From: Pirellulales bacterium
GTDB lineage: Bacteria; Planctomycetota; Planctomycetia; Pirellulales; PALSA-1355
Direction of reading: 5' to 3'
Assembly: GCA_963733035.1 (NCBI GenBank)
Contig: CAVTBU010000005.1
Coordinates: 544,001-608,000 of the forward strand
Length of the DNA: 64,000 bases
The first letter of the stretch is position 1. The number at the start of each line of letters is the position of its first letter. This document shows, one piece after another, positions 1 through 10,468 of this stretch. The notes beneath the pieces were generated by a model that had not been told where the DNA came from, searched no databases, and was given only the letters and a program-made list of their open reading frames with translations. Both the position numbers and the translations under genes were made by a program.

Positions 1-115
1 GGTTCACTATCTTGTCGCCGGCCGAACCATTAGGTGGTGCGTGCCAGCAGCGCAACTGGCGACATTTTGGCCGCGAGGGTGAACCCAACGAATCGGCGCG
101 GGTCCACAGGAAACT

Positions 116-1564
116 ATGAGTACCACTGCTTCGGCCCCCACTTCTGACCGCGCTGGTTCGCTCGGCGAACTACTCATCGTGGCAGTGCCGCTGGTGATCA
201 GCTACACGTCCAGCGCCTTAATGTACGTGGTGGACCGAGTATTTCTCAGTTGGGATTCCGTCGAATCACTGGCGGCGTCGTTGCCAGCTGGCGTGCTGCA
301 CTACAACCTGGCGGCATTGGGTATTGGCACGGTGGCGTACGCCAATGCTTTCGTCGGCCAGTATGAAGGGGCTGGGCAGCACCAGCGCGTTGGCCCCGTG
401 CTCTGGCAAGGCGTCTACGTCTCGATTATTGGTGCCGCGCTGATCGCGCTTTGCGTTCCGCTGGCCCCAGCCATTTTCGATTGGTTCGAGCACGGCGAGG
501 CGCTCCTGTCGCTCGAGATCGGTTACTTTCGCATTATGTGCCTCGGCACGTTTCCGCTCCTATTGGGAACCACCCTGGCCTGTTTCTTCAGCGGTCGTGG
601 CAAGACGACCGTGATCATGGTGGTCAATATTCTGGCCACGCTGTTCAACGTCGCGCTCGACTACGTCCTGATCTTTGGCAAAGCCGGCATGCCTCGGATG
701 GGCATCGAGGGGGCGGCTCTGGCCACCGTGATTTCATTTACCGCGATCGCATTGATGTACATTGTCATCATGGCGACGCGGCGCGATTACTTGCCATATC
801 ATCTCTGGACCGGCCGATCGTTTGACCCCGAACTCTTTCGCCGCTTGTTGCGGTTCGGCCTGCCGAGCGGCTTTCAGCAGTTCTTGGACATCGCCTGCTT
901 CACCGTTTTCATTCAACTGGTCGGCCGGCTTGGCACTGAGCAGCTTTCGGCCACCAGCCTGGTGTTCAATCTCAACTCGCTGGTATTTGTGCCGATGATT
1001 GGGCTCGGCACGGCGGTCACCGTGCTGGTGGGACATCGCATCGGCGAAGGCCGTCCACAGCTGGCAGTGCGCACTACCTGGCTGGCCGCGGGCCTGGGCC
1101 TGTTGTACGTCACGCTGTTCGCGGCGCTCTACCTGTTTGCACCGCAGGCGATTCTGAAACCGTACGGGCTGGCCGACAAAGAATCGCTCCGCGAACTCGT
1201 GGTGGGGCTGCTGCAGCTGGTGGCGGTGTACTCATTCTTCGACGCGCTGGCGATCGTGTTCAGCTCCGCCATCCGCGGCGCGGGCGACACGCGATTCGCG
1301 ATGGTGTTCTCGTTCTCATTGGGTCTTATACTGCTGGTGTTGCCCACGTACGTGGCCTCACTCTACGGTCAGGCCGGTTTTTACTACGCCTGGTACGCCG
1401 TGACGACGTTCATCATCGCGCTGGCACTCGGCTTTATCGCCCGATTCCAACAAGGCCGTTGGATGTCGATGCGAATTATCGAACACACGCTGCCCGAGTT
1501 GGAAGGCCATCCGCCGATGGAAGATGGCGAACAGCCGGAACAACTCGCCACGGCCATTCCGTAG
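116..1564 (+). CDS. MATE family efflux transporter
   Basis: 482 aa, ~12 hydrophobic segments; MATE motifs NVALDYVLIFG..MGIEGAALAT, RLLRFGLP, AIRGAGDT. Confidence 0.9.
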   Translation: MSTTASAPTSDRAGSLGELLIVAVPLVISYTSSALMYVVDRVFLSWDSVESLAASLPAGVLHYNLAALGIGTVAYANAFVGQYEGAGQHQRVGPVLWQGVYVSIIGAALIALCVPLAPAIFDWFEHGEALLSLEIGYFRIMCLGTFPLLLGTTLACFFSGRGKTTVIMVVNILATLFNVALDYVLIFGKAGMPRMGIEGAALATVISFTAIALMYIVIMATRRDYLPYHLWTGRSFDPELFRRLLRFGLPSGFQQFLDIACFTVFIQLVGRLGTEQLSATSLVFNLNSLVFVPMIGLGTAVTVLVGHRIGEGRPQLAVRTTWLAAGLGLLYVTLFAALYLFAPQAILKPYGLADKESLRELVVGLLQLVAVYSFFDALAIVFSSAIRGAGDTRFAMVFSFSLGLILLVLPTYVASLYGQAGFYYAWYAVTTFIIALALGFIARFQQGRWMSMRIIEHTLPELEGHPPMEDGEQPEQLATAIP

Positions 1565-1606
1565 GAGTGTTTCCAAATTCAGCCGTGTTCAACCGATGCG
1601 AGCGAG

Positions 1607-2980
1607 CTATAGACCTTCGGCCGTCCCCTCGGCGAGGGCTTCAGCGTCGTCTTGTGTATACGTGCGCTCACGATAGAACATTGCCACGAACACAAATACC
1701 ACCGCGGTCGCGACCATCAAACCCGCAAAGAGCCAGTAGTAGTCCGGACCGGTTAGTCGCGATTTGCCCGTTTCATCTTGAATGGCGAGGTTGATAACGG
1801 CTGTGATACCGTTACCGGCTGAAACCGCCAACAACCAAAGCGACATGACCACGGATTTGAGTCGCGGTGGCGCCTGCGTGTAGGAGAATTCCAACCCTGT
1901 GATCGAGACCATGACCTCCCCGGCCGTAATGATGGCATACGCAAAGAACTGCCAATTGATGCTTGGACGCTGGCCGTCGGCAATCCAACTTTCGATCATG
2001 GCCGACACGCCAAAAGCCGCCGCGGTCAAAAAGAACCCGATGCCAATCTTTCGTAGGTAGGTGAGCGGAAATATTTTGTTGATCGCCGGGTAGATCACGT
2101 AGGTGAAGATCGGAATGAACGTGAGGATCATAATCGGATTGGCCGCGTGTGTTTGTGCCGCGGACATCTCGGTGCCGAAGAAATGCCGGTCCATGTTTTC
2201 CGCCTGCAGAATCCAAGCCGAACCGGTCTGATCGTAGAGAGACCAGAACATCGCCACGAAGGCGTAGATCAACACGAGCTTGCCCAACACGGCCAACCCC
2301 TCGCGGCTGACCGCCTCCTTCAGAAAACCGACGCCGCCCGGTGGCACGTGCACGAACTTGTTCCGGCCTCCCCAGAACACGAGCGTCGCCAGACCCATGA
2401 AGATGCCGGGCACGCCGAATGCCCAGCTTGGACCGTAGTGGATCAACAAGTACGGCGTAAGTAGCGTCGAGAAGAACGCACCGAAGTTAATCGAGAAGTA
2501 GAACCACGAGTACACCTTTTCCAGCAGATGCTTGTTCAGAGAACCGAATTGGTCGCCCACGTTGGCCGACACGCAAGGTTTGATGCCGCCCGAGCCGATG
2601 GCGATCAGCGTCAAACCGAGTGCCAGGCCGATTCGAGTCTCGTCGAGCGCCAATGCGGCGTGCCCGGCGCAGTAGACGAGCGAAAGCCAGAAAATCGTGC
2701 GGTATTTGCCGAACACCGCGTCCGATAACAGCGCTCCCATGGTGGGAAAGAAGTAAACGCTAGACAGGAAGATGTGATACCAGTACTTGGCTTCCTCGTC
2801 GCTCATCGGATCGAGCGAACCGCTCGCGCCCATCAGGTGCTTGGTCATGAACACGACCAGGATGGCGCGCATCCCGTAGAAGCTAAATCGCTCGGCAGCT
2901 TCGTTGCCGACGATATACGGAACCCCGGGGGGCATGCCGGTCGTGGGAATCGGCGTGGTCAAATACTTCTGGGCGGCCAT
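1607..2980 (-). CDS. POT/PTR2 family proton-dependent oligopeptide transporter
   Basis: ExxERFxFYG motif (NEAAERFSFYGM), GSGGIKPCVS, FYFSINFG, GLEFSYTQAP. Confidence 0.92.
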   Translation of the reverse strand: MAAQKYLTTPIPTTGMPPGVPYIVGNEAAERFSFYGMRAILVVFMTKHLMGASGSLDPMSDEEAKYWYHIFLSSVYFFPTMGALLSDAVFGKYRTIFWLSLVYCAGHAALALDETRIGLALGLTLIAIGSGGIKPCVSANVGDQFGSLNKHLLEKVYSWFYFSINFGAFFSTLLTPYLLIHYGPSWAFGVPGIFMGLATLVFWGGRNKFVHVPPGGVGFLKEAVSREGLAVLGKLVLIYAFVAMFWSLYDQTGSAWILQAENMDRHFFGTEMSAAQTHAANPIMILTFIPIFTYVIYPAINKIFPLTYLRKIGIGFFLTAAAFGVSAMIESWIADGQRPSINWQFFAYAIITAGEVMVSITGLEFSYTQAPPRLKSVVMSLWLLAVSAGNGITAVINLAIQDETGKSRLTGPDYYWLFAGLMVATAVVFVFVAMFYRERTYTQDDAEALAEGTAEGL

Positions 2981-3200
2981 TTTGCGGAGTTCCGTGAGCA
3001 GCAGTTGCGGGCAGGGGGCAAACGCGGGTGTAACATAGCACCCTCCGCAAATCGAAGCCAGATTGGCATCCTTTGCGAACGGTCAGCGGCCCAACCACGA
3101 GAAACCAGCCATGCGTCGAAACGCCCCGTGCCCACGGCGTGGCTGATGCGTAGAATGGGTTTGCCGTTTTCTTCTCGCTCGCACCTCTCCAGAGAACTAC

Positions 3201-5132
3201 ATGCCTACGCGCCGCAGCCGTCAACGATTCGCCGAATATCGGTGGCAACTCCGCGAGCGGCGACGCGGCGGCAAACGCCAGCCGCACGATAGCCGGTCTC
3301 GGACTCCGCAGCATCGTTCGTTTTGGCAGCTGTTCAGGGCGTTTTGGGGCCTGTTGGCGGGTCATCAAGCCGCCGTCGTCTTCTCGCTGGTAACGCTCAC
3401 CGTGGCCACTCTACTGGCGCTGGTCCCGCCAGCAGCCACGAAGGTCTTGATTGAAAATGTGCTCGAAGGAAAGCCGCTCGAGCGACCGTTCTCGCTGGTT
3501 CTGCCGCAGTCCGCCGACCGGATGCACTTGCTCTGGTGGCTGGCGGGGGGAGTGATGGCCGTGTCCATTGTCGAAACCGCCATCAAGCTGTGGGGCCGCT
3601 GGTACGCCACGCGCACCGTCACGCGAGTTGCCGTCAACACGCGCCGCCTGGCCTTTGAACATGCCGTGCGATTGCCGCTCGATCGGGTCCACAATCTCAA
3701 GAGCGGCGGCGTGGCCAGCCTGCTCCGCGACGACGCCGGCAGTATCTCCGAGCTGATCTTCAGCATGTTGTACAATCCCTGGCGGGCAATCATCCAACTC
3801 ATGGGCTGCCTGGTAATTCTGGCTGTGATTGATTGGCGCCTGCTGCTTGGTTCGCTCGTCTTGCTGCCGGTGGTCTTCCTGACGCATCGCACCTGGATCT
3901 CGCGCATCCGGCCGCTCTACCGCGACATTCGCAACCAGCGGCAAGATATCGACAGTTCGGCAACCGAAGCTTTTGCCGGCATGCGCGTGGTCCGCGCATT
4001 TGGGCGCCAACGCAGCGAGGCGGGCCGCTTTACGCGCGAAAATCATTACATGGCCCGTCAGCAACTGCACGTCTGGTGGTGGGCCCGCATCGTGGAAGTC
4101 GTATGGGAAATCCTCATTCCACTTTCTTCCGCGGCACTGCTGTTGTACGGCGGCAAGCAAGTGCTCGACGGGACGATCGGCTTGGGCGACTTGATGATGT
4201 TCCTGGTCTACCTGGCGATGCTGCTCAGTCCGTTGGCGGTACTGGCCAATAGCGCCGCCGCGTTTCAGAGCAGCCTGGCGGGCTTGGATCGTGTGCTCGA
4301 CCTGCTGGGCGAGCCGCGCGAAATGGCCGACCGCCGCGGCACGACCCTGCTCCGCAAAGAAGACGTTTCCGGCCGCTTGACGCTGTGCGACGTCAGCTTC
4401 CGCTATCCTAGTTCCGGCGAGTTGGTGCTTCGGGACATCGATCTAGACGTGCAGCCGGGTGAAACCATCGCGCTGGTCGGGCGTAGCGGTGCGGGCAAGA
4501 CCACGCTCACGAACCTCGTCGCGCGATTCTACGATCCGACCAACGGCGTGGTCGAACTCGACGGGCAGGATCTCCGCTCGATCGACGTGGAAAGCTATCG
4601 CCGCATCCTCGGCATCGTGGAACAGGACGTGTTTCTCTTCGACGGCACGATCGCCGAAAACATCGGCTATGCCGTCCGCGGCGCCGACCAGAGACAGATC
4701 GAAGCCGCCGCCCAAGCGGCCAATGCCCACGAGTTCATCGTGGCCCTCGACCAAGGCTACGATACGATCATCGGCGAACGCGGCGTGCGGCTTAGCGGCG
4801 GCCAGCGGCAACGCATTGCCATCGCTCGGGCGCTACTGGCCGACCCTCGGATCCTGATTCTCGACGAGGCAACAAGTAACCTCGACAGCGAAAGCGAACG
4901 ACTGATTCAACAAAGCCTCGTCACGCTCATGCAAGGTCGCACCTCCTTTGTCATTGCCCACCGTCTCAGCACGATTGCACACGCCGACCGAATCGTCGTC
5001 CTCGAGGGCGGTAGAATCGTGCAAATCGGCACGCACGAGGAGTTGCTTGCCGTCAGTGGGCGTTATCGTGAGATGGTGGAAATCCAAACCCTCGGCGATG
5101 GAGCGGTCTCCAGTCTGAACGGTGCGTCCTGA
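3201..5132 (+). CDS. ABC exporter, fused permease/ATP-binding subunit
   Basis: N-terminal TM domain; Walker A GRSGAGKT, LSGGQ signature, Walker B ILILDEAT. Confidence 0.95.
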   Translation: MPTRRSRQRFAEYRWQLRERRRGGKRQPHDSRSRTPQHRSFWQLFRAFWGLLAGHQAAVVFSLVTLTVATLLALVPPAATKVLIENVLEGKPLERPFSLVLPQSADRMHLLWWLAGGVMAVSIVETAIKLWGRWYATRTVTRVAVNTRRLAFEHAVRLPLDRVHNLKSGGVASLLRDDAGSISELIFSMLYNPWRAIIQLMGCLVILAVIDWRLLLGSLVLLPVVFLTHRTWISRIRPLYRDIRNQRQDIDSSATEAFAGMRVVRAFGRQRSEAGRFTRENHYMARQQLHVWWWARIVEVVWEILIPLSSAALLLYGGKQVLDGTIGLGDLMMFLVYLAMLLSPLAVLANSAAAFQSSLAGLDRVLDLLGEPREMADRRGTTLLRKEDVSGRLTLCDVSFRYPSSGELVLRDIDLDVQPGETIALVGRSGAGKTTLTNLVARFYDPTNGVVELDGQDLRSIDVESYRRILGIVEQDVFLFDGTIAENIGYAVRGADQRQIEAAAQAANAHEFIVALDQGYDTIIGERGVRLSGGQRQRIAIARALLADPRILILDEATSNLDSESERLIQQSLVTLMQGRTSFVIAHRLSTIAHADRIVVLEGGRIVQIGTHEELLAVSGRYREMVEIQTLGDGAVSSLNGAS

Positions 5133-5252
5133 ATCTGTGCCGATACTCTAGAGGTCCTGTCCACGAAAACCTTGCCACGCTTGGCGTTGGCAGGATAAGA
5201 TGACGGCTCCGGCACCCTCCCGCCCAACGCCATCCCCGAGGCCTCTGGCACG

Positions 5253-7499
5253 ATGCACGAGTGGATGCATAGAATCGCACGGCTGCACACCGTGGTCGCT
5301 CTGCTTTCCGCGCTGTTCGGTTGCGGTTCGCTCCATGCAGCGGACCTGCCGGCCTTCAACAATGGCACGTGGCCGTTTTGCCCGCCGCGGCGGCCCGAGA
5401 TTCCCGCCGTCGAAAACGGGGCCTGGGTCGCCAATCCGATCGATGCGTTCATCCTGGCTAAGCTCGAGGGCAAAGGGCTGGAGCCCAACGGAAAGGCCGG
5501 CCGACTGGCACTGCTGCGTCGGCTCACGTTCGATTTGACTGGCTTGCCCCCGACACTGGCCGAACAACAAGCCTTTTTGGCCGACCGGCAAGAGGGCGCC
5601 TTCGAGCGCGTCGTTGATCGCTTGCTCGACTCGCCCCACTACGGCGAGCGCTGGGCTCAACACTGGCTCGACGTGGTTCGCTATGCCGAGACCGACGGTT
5701 TCAAGGCCGACGAATTTCGCCCCGATGCATACAAATATCGCGACTACGTGATCCGGGCTTTCAATGCCGATTTGCCCTATGACCGATTCATGCGTCAGCA
5801 GCTTGCCGGCGACGAACTCGAACCGAACAATCCCGATGCCGTGGTGGCCACGGGCCTCAACCGGCTGTACCCCGACGAATCGAACGCGGCCGACCTTCGT
5901 CAGCGTCGGCAGGAGATCCACGACAATCTGACCGAGACCACGGCCCTCACCTTCCTGGGGCTAACGGTCGGTTGCGCACAGTGCCACGATCATAAGTTCG
6001 ATCCAATCACGCAAGTCGACTATTTCCGTCTGCAAGCGTTCTTCGCCACGCTGTTGCCGCGAGACGATGCGCCGGTGGCCTCACGTGACGAAATCGAGCG
6101 CTACAACGAGGAGCATGCCGTCTGGGAGCAGGCGACCAAATCGATTCGTGCCGACATCGAAACGCTGCTCGACCCCAAGCGTCAGGCCATGCTCCGAAGT
6201 ACGATCGAAAAATTCGATCCGGACATTCGCGAGGCAATCGTCACGCCCGCCGAAGAGCGATCCTGCATGCAACAGCAAATTGCCTTCCAGGCGATGCGCT
6301 ATGTCTCGCCGAAGATGGCCGGCATCACCGGTGACAAACTGAAGGGAAATGAGCGAAAACGATACGACGAGTTGGCAACTCAATTGGCCAGTTACGATCG
6401 TCTGAAACCTCGGAAACTACCCACGGCAATGGCGGTCGTCGATGCGTCGGCCGAGGCCCCTCCGACACACCGCCTGGCGCTGGGCAACTATCGCAAACCG
6501 CAAGAACAGGTGGAGCCGGGATTCCCGGAATTCCTCGGGGCCAGCGAACCCGTCATCGAGGCTCCTCCCGTCGGCGAGGAATCCTCCGGTCGCCGCGCGG
6601 CACTGGCCAATTGGCTGTGCCGCGAGGACCATCCGCTAACCGCGCGGGTCATGGTCAATCGCATCTGGAAACATCACTTTGGCATAGGCATTGTCGCCAC
6701 GCCGAACGACTTCGGCGCCATGGGCGACCCGCCGACGCACCCCGACCTGCTCGACTGGCTGGCGGTGGAGTTTGTCGCACGAGGCTGGAGCATCAAGGCG
6801 ATGCATCGCCTGATCGTTACGTCCTCTACGTACCGCCAATTATCGCTCATCGACGCCGACAATCCCTTGCAGGCTGAAGCGATGCGGGTCGACGGCAGCA
6901 ATCGTCTATTGTGGCACGCCCGACGCCGCCGTTTAGAAGGCGAGGCGATGCGCGATGCGATGCTCGCGTTGTCCGGCGATTTGCAGCTGCGAATGTTTGG
7001 ACCGAGTGCCCGGCCGATTCTTCCGGCCGCCATTCAACCCGGTTCAAATTGGGGAACCGACAAATCGCCGCAAGATCGCAATCGCCGGTCGGTCTACATC
7101 TTCGCCAAACGCAATCTGAAGTTCCCGCTGCTGGAAATTTTTGACCTGCCCGATCTGCACAACAGTTGTCCGCAGCGGACGACGACCACTACCGCACCGC
7201 AGGCGCTCGCACTGCTGAACGGCGAATTTTCGCTCGAGCAGGCCCGGCACTGGAGTGAGCGACTGGCGGCCGAGCATCACAATGACACCGGTGCGATCGT
7301 CCGCGGCGCCTGGCAGACGGCATTCTCCCGCGACCCCACGGCGGAAGAGCGTGTGGCGGCCGAGGATTTTATACGCACGCAAACCGAGATCATCGCCGGT
7401 CGCGCTCAGCCAGGCGACATGACACCGCCACTGGCCTCCGCACTGGTCGACTTTTGTCACGCGATCTTCAATGCCAACGAGTTCCTCTACATCGACTAA
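5253..7499 (+). CDS. DUF1549/DUF1553 (PSCyt2/PSD1) domain protein
   Basis: NPIDAFI, LLRRLTFDLTGLPPT, YGERWAQHWLD, CAQCHDHKFDPI, ARVMVNRIW, PTHPDLLDWLA, PQALALLN. Confidence 0.93.
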   Translation: MHEWMHRIARLHTVVALLSALFGCGSLHAADLPAFNNGTWPFCPPRRPEIPAVENGAWVANPIDAFILAKLEGKGLEPNGKAGRLALLRRLTFDLTGLPPTLAEQQAFLADRQEGAFERVVDRLLDSPHYGERWAQHWLDVVRYAETDGFKADEFRPDAYKYRDYVIRAFNADLPYDRFMRQQLAGDELEPNNPDAVVATGLNRLYPDESNAADLRQRRQEIHDNLTETTALTFLGLTVGCAQCHDHKFDPITQVDYFRLQAFFATLLPRDDAPVASRDEIERYNEEHAVWEQATKSIRADIETLLDPKRQAMLRSTIEKFDPDIREAIVTPAEERSCMQQQIAFQAMRYVSPKMAGITGDKLKGNERKRYDELATQLASYDRLKPRKLPTAMAVVDASAEAPPTHRLALGNYRKPQEQVEPGFPEFLGASEPVIEAPPVGEESSGRRAALANWLCREDHPLTARVMVNRIWKHHFGIGIVATPNDFGAMGDPPTHPDLLDWLAVEFVARGWSIKAMHRLIVTSSTYRQLSLIDADNPLQAEAMRVDGSNRLLWHARRRRLEGEAMRDAMLALSGDLQLRMFGPSARPILPAAIQPGSNWGTDKSPQDRNRRSVYIFAKRNLKFPLLEIFDLPDLHNSCPQRTTTTTAPQALALLNGEFSLEQARHWSERLAAEHHNDTGAIVRGAWQTAFSRDPTAEERVAAEDFIRTQTEIIAGRAQPGDMTPPLASALVDFCHAIFNANEFLYID

Positions 7500-7501
7500 T
7501 C

Positions 7502-8975
7502 ATGCCGAATTACTCCCACTTCCTGGGTCCGAACGTACCGCACTTTGCCACACCCGTCTCGCGACGCGATTTTTTGGCACGGGCCGGAGCGGGCTTCGGA
7601 AGTGTGGCGCTGGCGTCCCTGCTGTCGCAACAGAGCGCGGCGGCGACCACGAACTTGTCGACCAGAGGAATTGCGGACACGCCCTTTAGCGGTCGGTCCC
7701 ACTTTCCGGCACGGGCGAAGAACGTTATCTGGTGTTTTCTCGACGGCGGCCCCAGCCACCTCGATTTGTTCGACCCCAAGCCCCAGCTCGACAAACTCGC
7801 CGGTAACCCCCTGCCCGACAGTTTCGACCGTCCGCTCACGGCGATGGGCAAAACGGCCTTCACGCCGCTGATGGGCACTAAGCGCAAATTTGCTCAGCAC
7901 GGCCAGTCGGGCATTTCGGTCAGCGATTGGCTGCCGGAGATTGCTACCTGTGCCGATGAGCTGGCCGTCATTCGCAGTTGCCATGCGGACGGTTTGAATC
8001 ATGTTGGCAGCGTCTGCCAAATGAACACCGGCAGCATTTTGGGCGGCCGCCCGTCGCTCGGTGCGTGGTGCCTGTACGGATTGGGGAGCGAAAGCCAGGA
8101 TCTGCCTGGCTTTGTCGTGCTGACCGACAACGCCAGCGACCCGCCCGGTGGGAATCGCAACTGGGGCACGGGCTTCATGCCGGCTACTTTCCAGGGAACC
8201 AAGTTTCGCGACGGCAAGACACCCATTCTGCACGTGGCCCCGCCATTTGACACCGACGCTGTCCGACAGCGGCGAAAGCTCGATTACATTCAAACCCTCA
8301 ATCGGCAGCACCGCGGAGAGCGAGCGGTCGACGACCGGCTCGAAGCTCGCATTGCCAGCTACGAACTCGCCTTCCGCATGCAGGCGGCCGCACCCGAAGC
8401 GGTGGACATTGCGGACGAAACCGCCGAAACCCGCGCCCTCTACGGCCTCGACGACAAAGCCACCCATAACAACGGCCGCAATTGCCTGCTCGCCCGCCGG
8501 CTTGTTGAGCGGGGCGTCCGCTGCGTGCAGATCTACATGGGCTCGGGCAGCAAATGGGACGCTCACACGGATATGGAAGGGAACCATTCGGCCCGCTGCC
8601 GTGAGAGCGACCGCCCGATTGCCGGATTGCTAAAGGACCTCAAGCGCCGCGGCATGCTCGATGAAACGCTCGTGGTTTGGGGGGGCGAATTCGGCCGCAC
8701 GCCGATGAGCGAGAGTGGCAACGGTCGCGATCACAACCCTTGGGGCTTCACCATCTGGATGGCCGGCGGTGGCATTAAGAGAGGTATTACTTACGGCGCG
8801 ACCGACGAAATCGGCCTGTATGCCACCGAGGGGAAGGCGCAGCGTGAACGATCTGCATGCCACGATTCTGCATCTTTTGGGCCTCGACCATGAACAACTC
8901 ACTCTGATGCACAACGGACGCGCCGAACGACTGACTGGCGTGGCGGGTCGTATCATTACCGAAATCCTGGCGTAG
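7502..8975 (+). CDS. DUF1501 domain protein (Tat signal); frameshift near 8840
   Basis: SRRDFL Tat motif, [36 protein letters not shown]; canonical C-terminus ([20 protein letters not shown]) lies in another frame. Confidence 0.9.
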
Positions 8976-9053
8976 CTTCGCATACGGGCAAACTGCGAGC
9001 TACGCGCTGGTTGACCCAAAACATCACCGGCAATTTCCCAGGAGCGTACCGCC

Positions 9054-10438
9054 ATGCAGCGGAACCACGCGACTTCGGCCAATCATCCGATCTTCGAGCA
9101 GTACCTTGCGAAAACACCCGGTTCGGCGCGGCTCTACCGACGTGCCGTGAACGTCTTTCCCGGCGGCGTGACGCACGACACGCGCTACTTGCAGCCGCAT
9201 CCCTTATACATCGATCGGGCCGCGGGGTCGCGCAAATGGGACGTCGACAATCACGAGTACGTCGACTACATCGGCGGTCACGGCGCTCTGCTATTGGGCC
9301 ACAATCACCCGCAAGTTATGGATGCCGTACGCGCACAGTTGGCCAAGGGAACACACTTCGGCGCGAGCCACGAACTCGAACTGCAGCTTGGCGAACAGAT
9401 CCAGAAAATGATCCCCTGCGCCGGCAAAGTCCGCTTTACCGGCTCGGGCACCGAAAGTACGTTGCTGGCCATTCGCCTGGCGCGGGCCTTCACCGGCAAA
9501 CAGAAAATCGTGCGCTTCGCAGGGCATTTCCACGGCTGGCACGATCAAGTGGCTTTCGCCGCCATGTCGCACTTCGACGGCTCGGTGCCTGCCGGCATTT
9601 TGCCGGGGGTCGTGGGCGAAGCGATCGTTTGTCAGCCCGGCGATGCCGCCGCGCTAGAGCGCATTCTTGATGCAAATGAAGACGTTGCCGCCGTGATCCT
9701 CGAACCGACCGGAGCCACGTTCGGCCTGGTCCCCTTGCCCGAAGGTTATCTCGCGCAAGTCCGCGAACTAACGGCCACCAAGGGCGTTTTGTTGATCTTC
9801 GACGAGGTTATTACCGGTTTTCGCGTTTCGCCCGGCGGCGCCCAGGCACACGCCGGTGTTACGCCGGATCTGGCTACGCTGGCCAAGATCGTCGCCGGCG
9901 GCTTCCCCGGCGGCGCCGTTGCCGGCCGCAAAGATGTGATGGACGTCATGACAATGCGCGAGGACCGCGCTTGGAACCTCGCGCACCGCGTGCCGCACCA
10001 GGGGACCTTCAACGCCAACCCGATCACCGCGGCGGCCGGGCTCGCCGCCCTGCAAGTCATCGCCGAGACCGACGCCATCGCCCGCGCGAACACCATCGCC
10101 GCGCAGCTCCGCAATCGGTTGAACGAAACGATTCGCCAGGTCGGTTCCAAATGGCTGGTCTATGGCGAGTACTCCGGTTTCCACATTTTTACCAACCCGC
10201 TCGACCGCCCGTTGTCCGTCGCGGACATCTACACGGGCAATGTCAGTATGGAGGAACTCAAGGGGGAACGCCCCCGTCGGTCATCCACCAACTGCGCTGC
10301 GGCCTGATTCTGGGCGGCGCCGATATCTTCCCCTGGCCCGGCGGCTGCGTTTCGGCGGTACACGACGAGCGCGACGTGGAGATTACCGCCAGCGCACTAC
10401 AATCTACACTTGAACAGCTCGAGTGGAAGAAAGGCTAG
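9054..10438 (+). CDS. Class III PLP-dependent aminotransferase (GSA-aminomutase-like); frameshift in G-run ~10262-10266
   Basis: WDVDNHEYVD, SGTESTLLAIRLAR, LIFDEVITGFR, TLAKIVAGGFP, GTFNANP; C-terminus (VSAVHDERDVE) in next frame. Confidence 0.85.
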
Positions 10439-10468
10439 CGACTCATTGCGTCGCGGCGCTGCTTCAAG

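Noticed and set aside
5253..8975. DUF1553 + DUF1501 pair as a novel system
   Set aside because: Function unknown, but a well-known, highly paralogous planctomycete module with nothing distinctive here
10255..10275. Programmed frameshifting in the aminotransferase and other split genes
   Set aside because: No slippery heptamer with a stimulator, and too many unrelated genes affected; sequencing error is simpler
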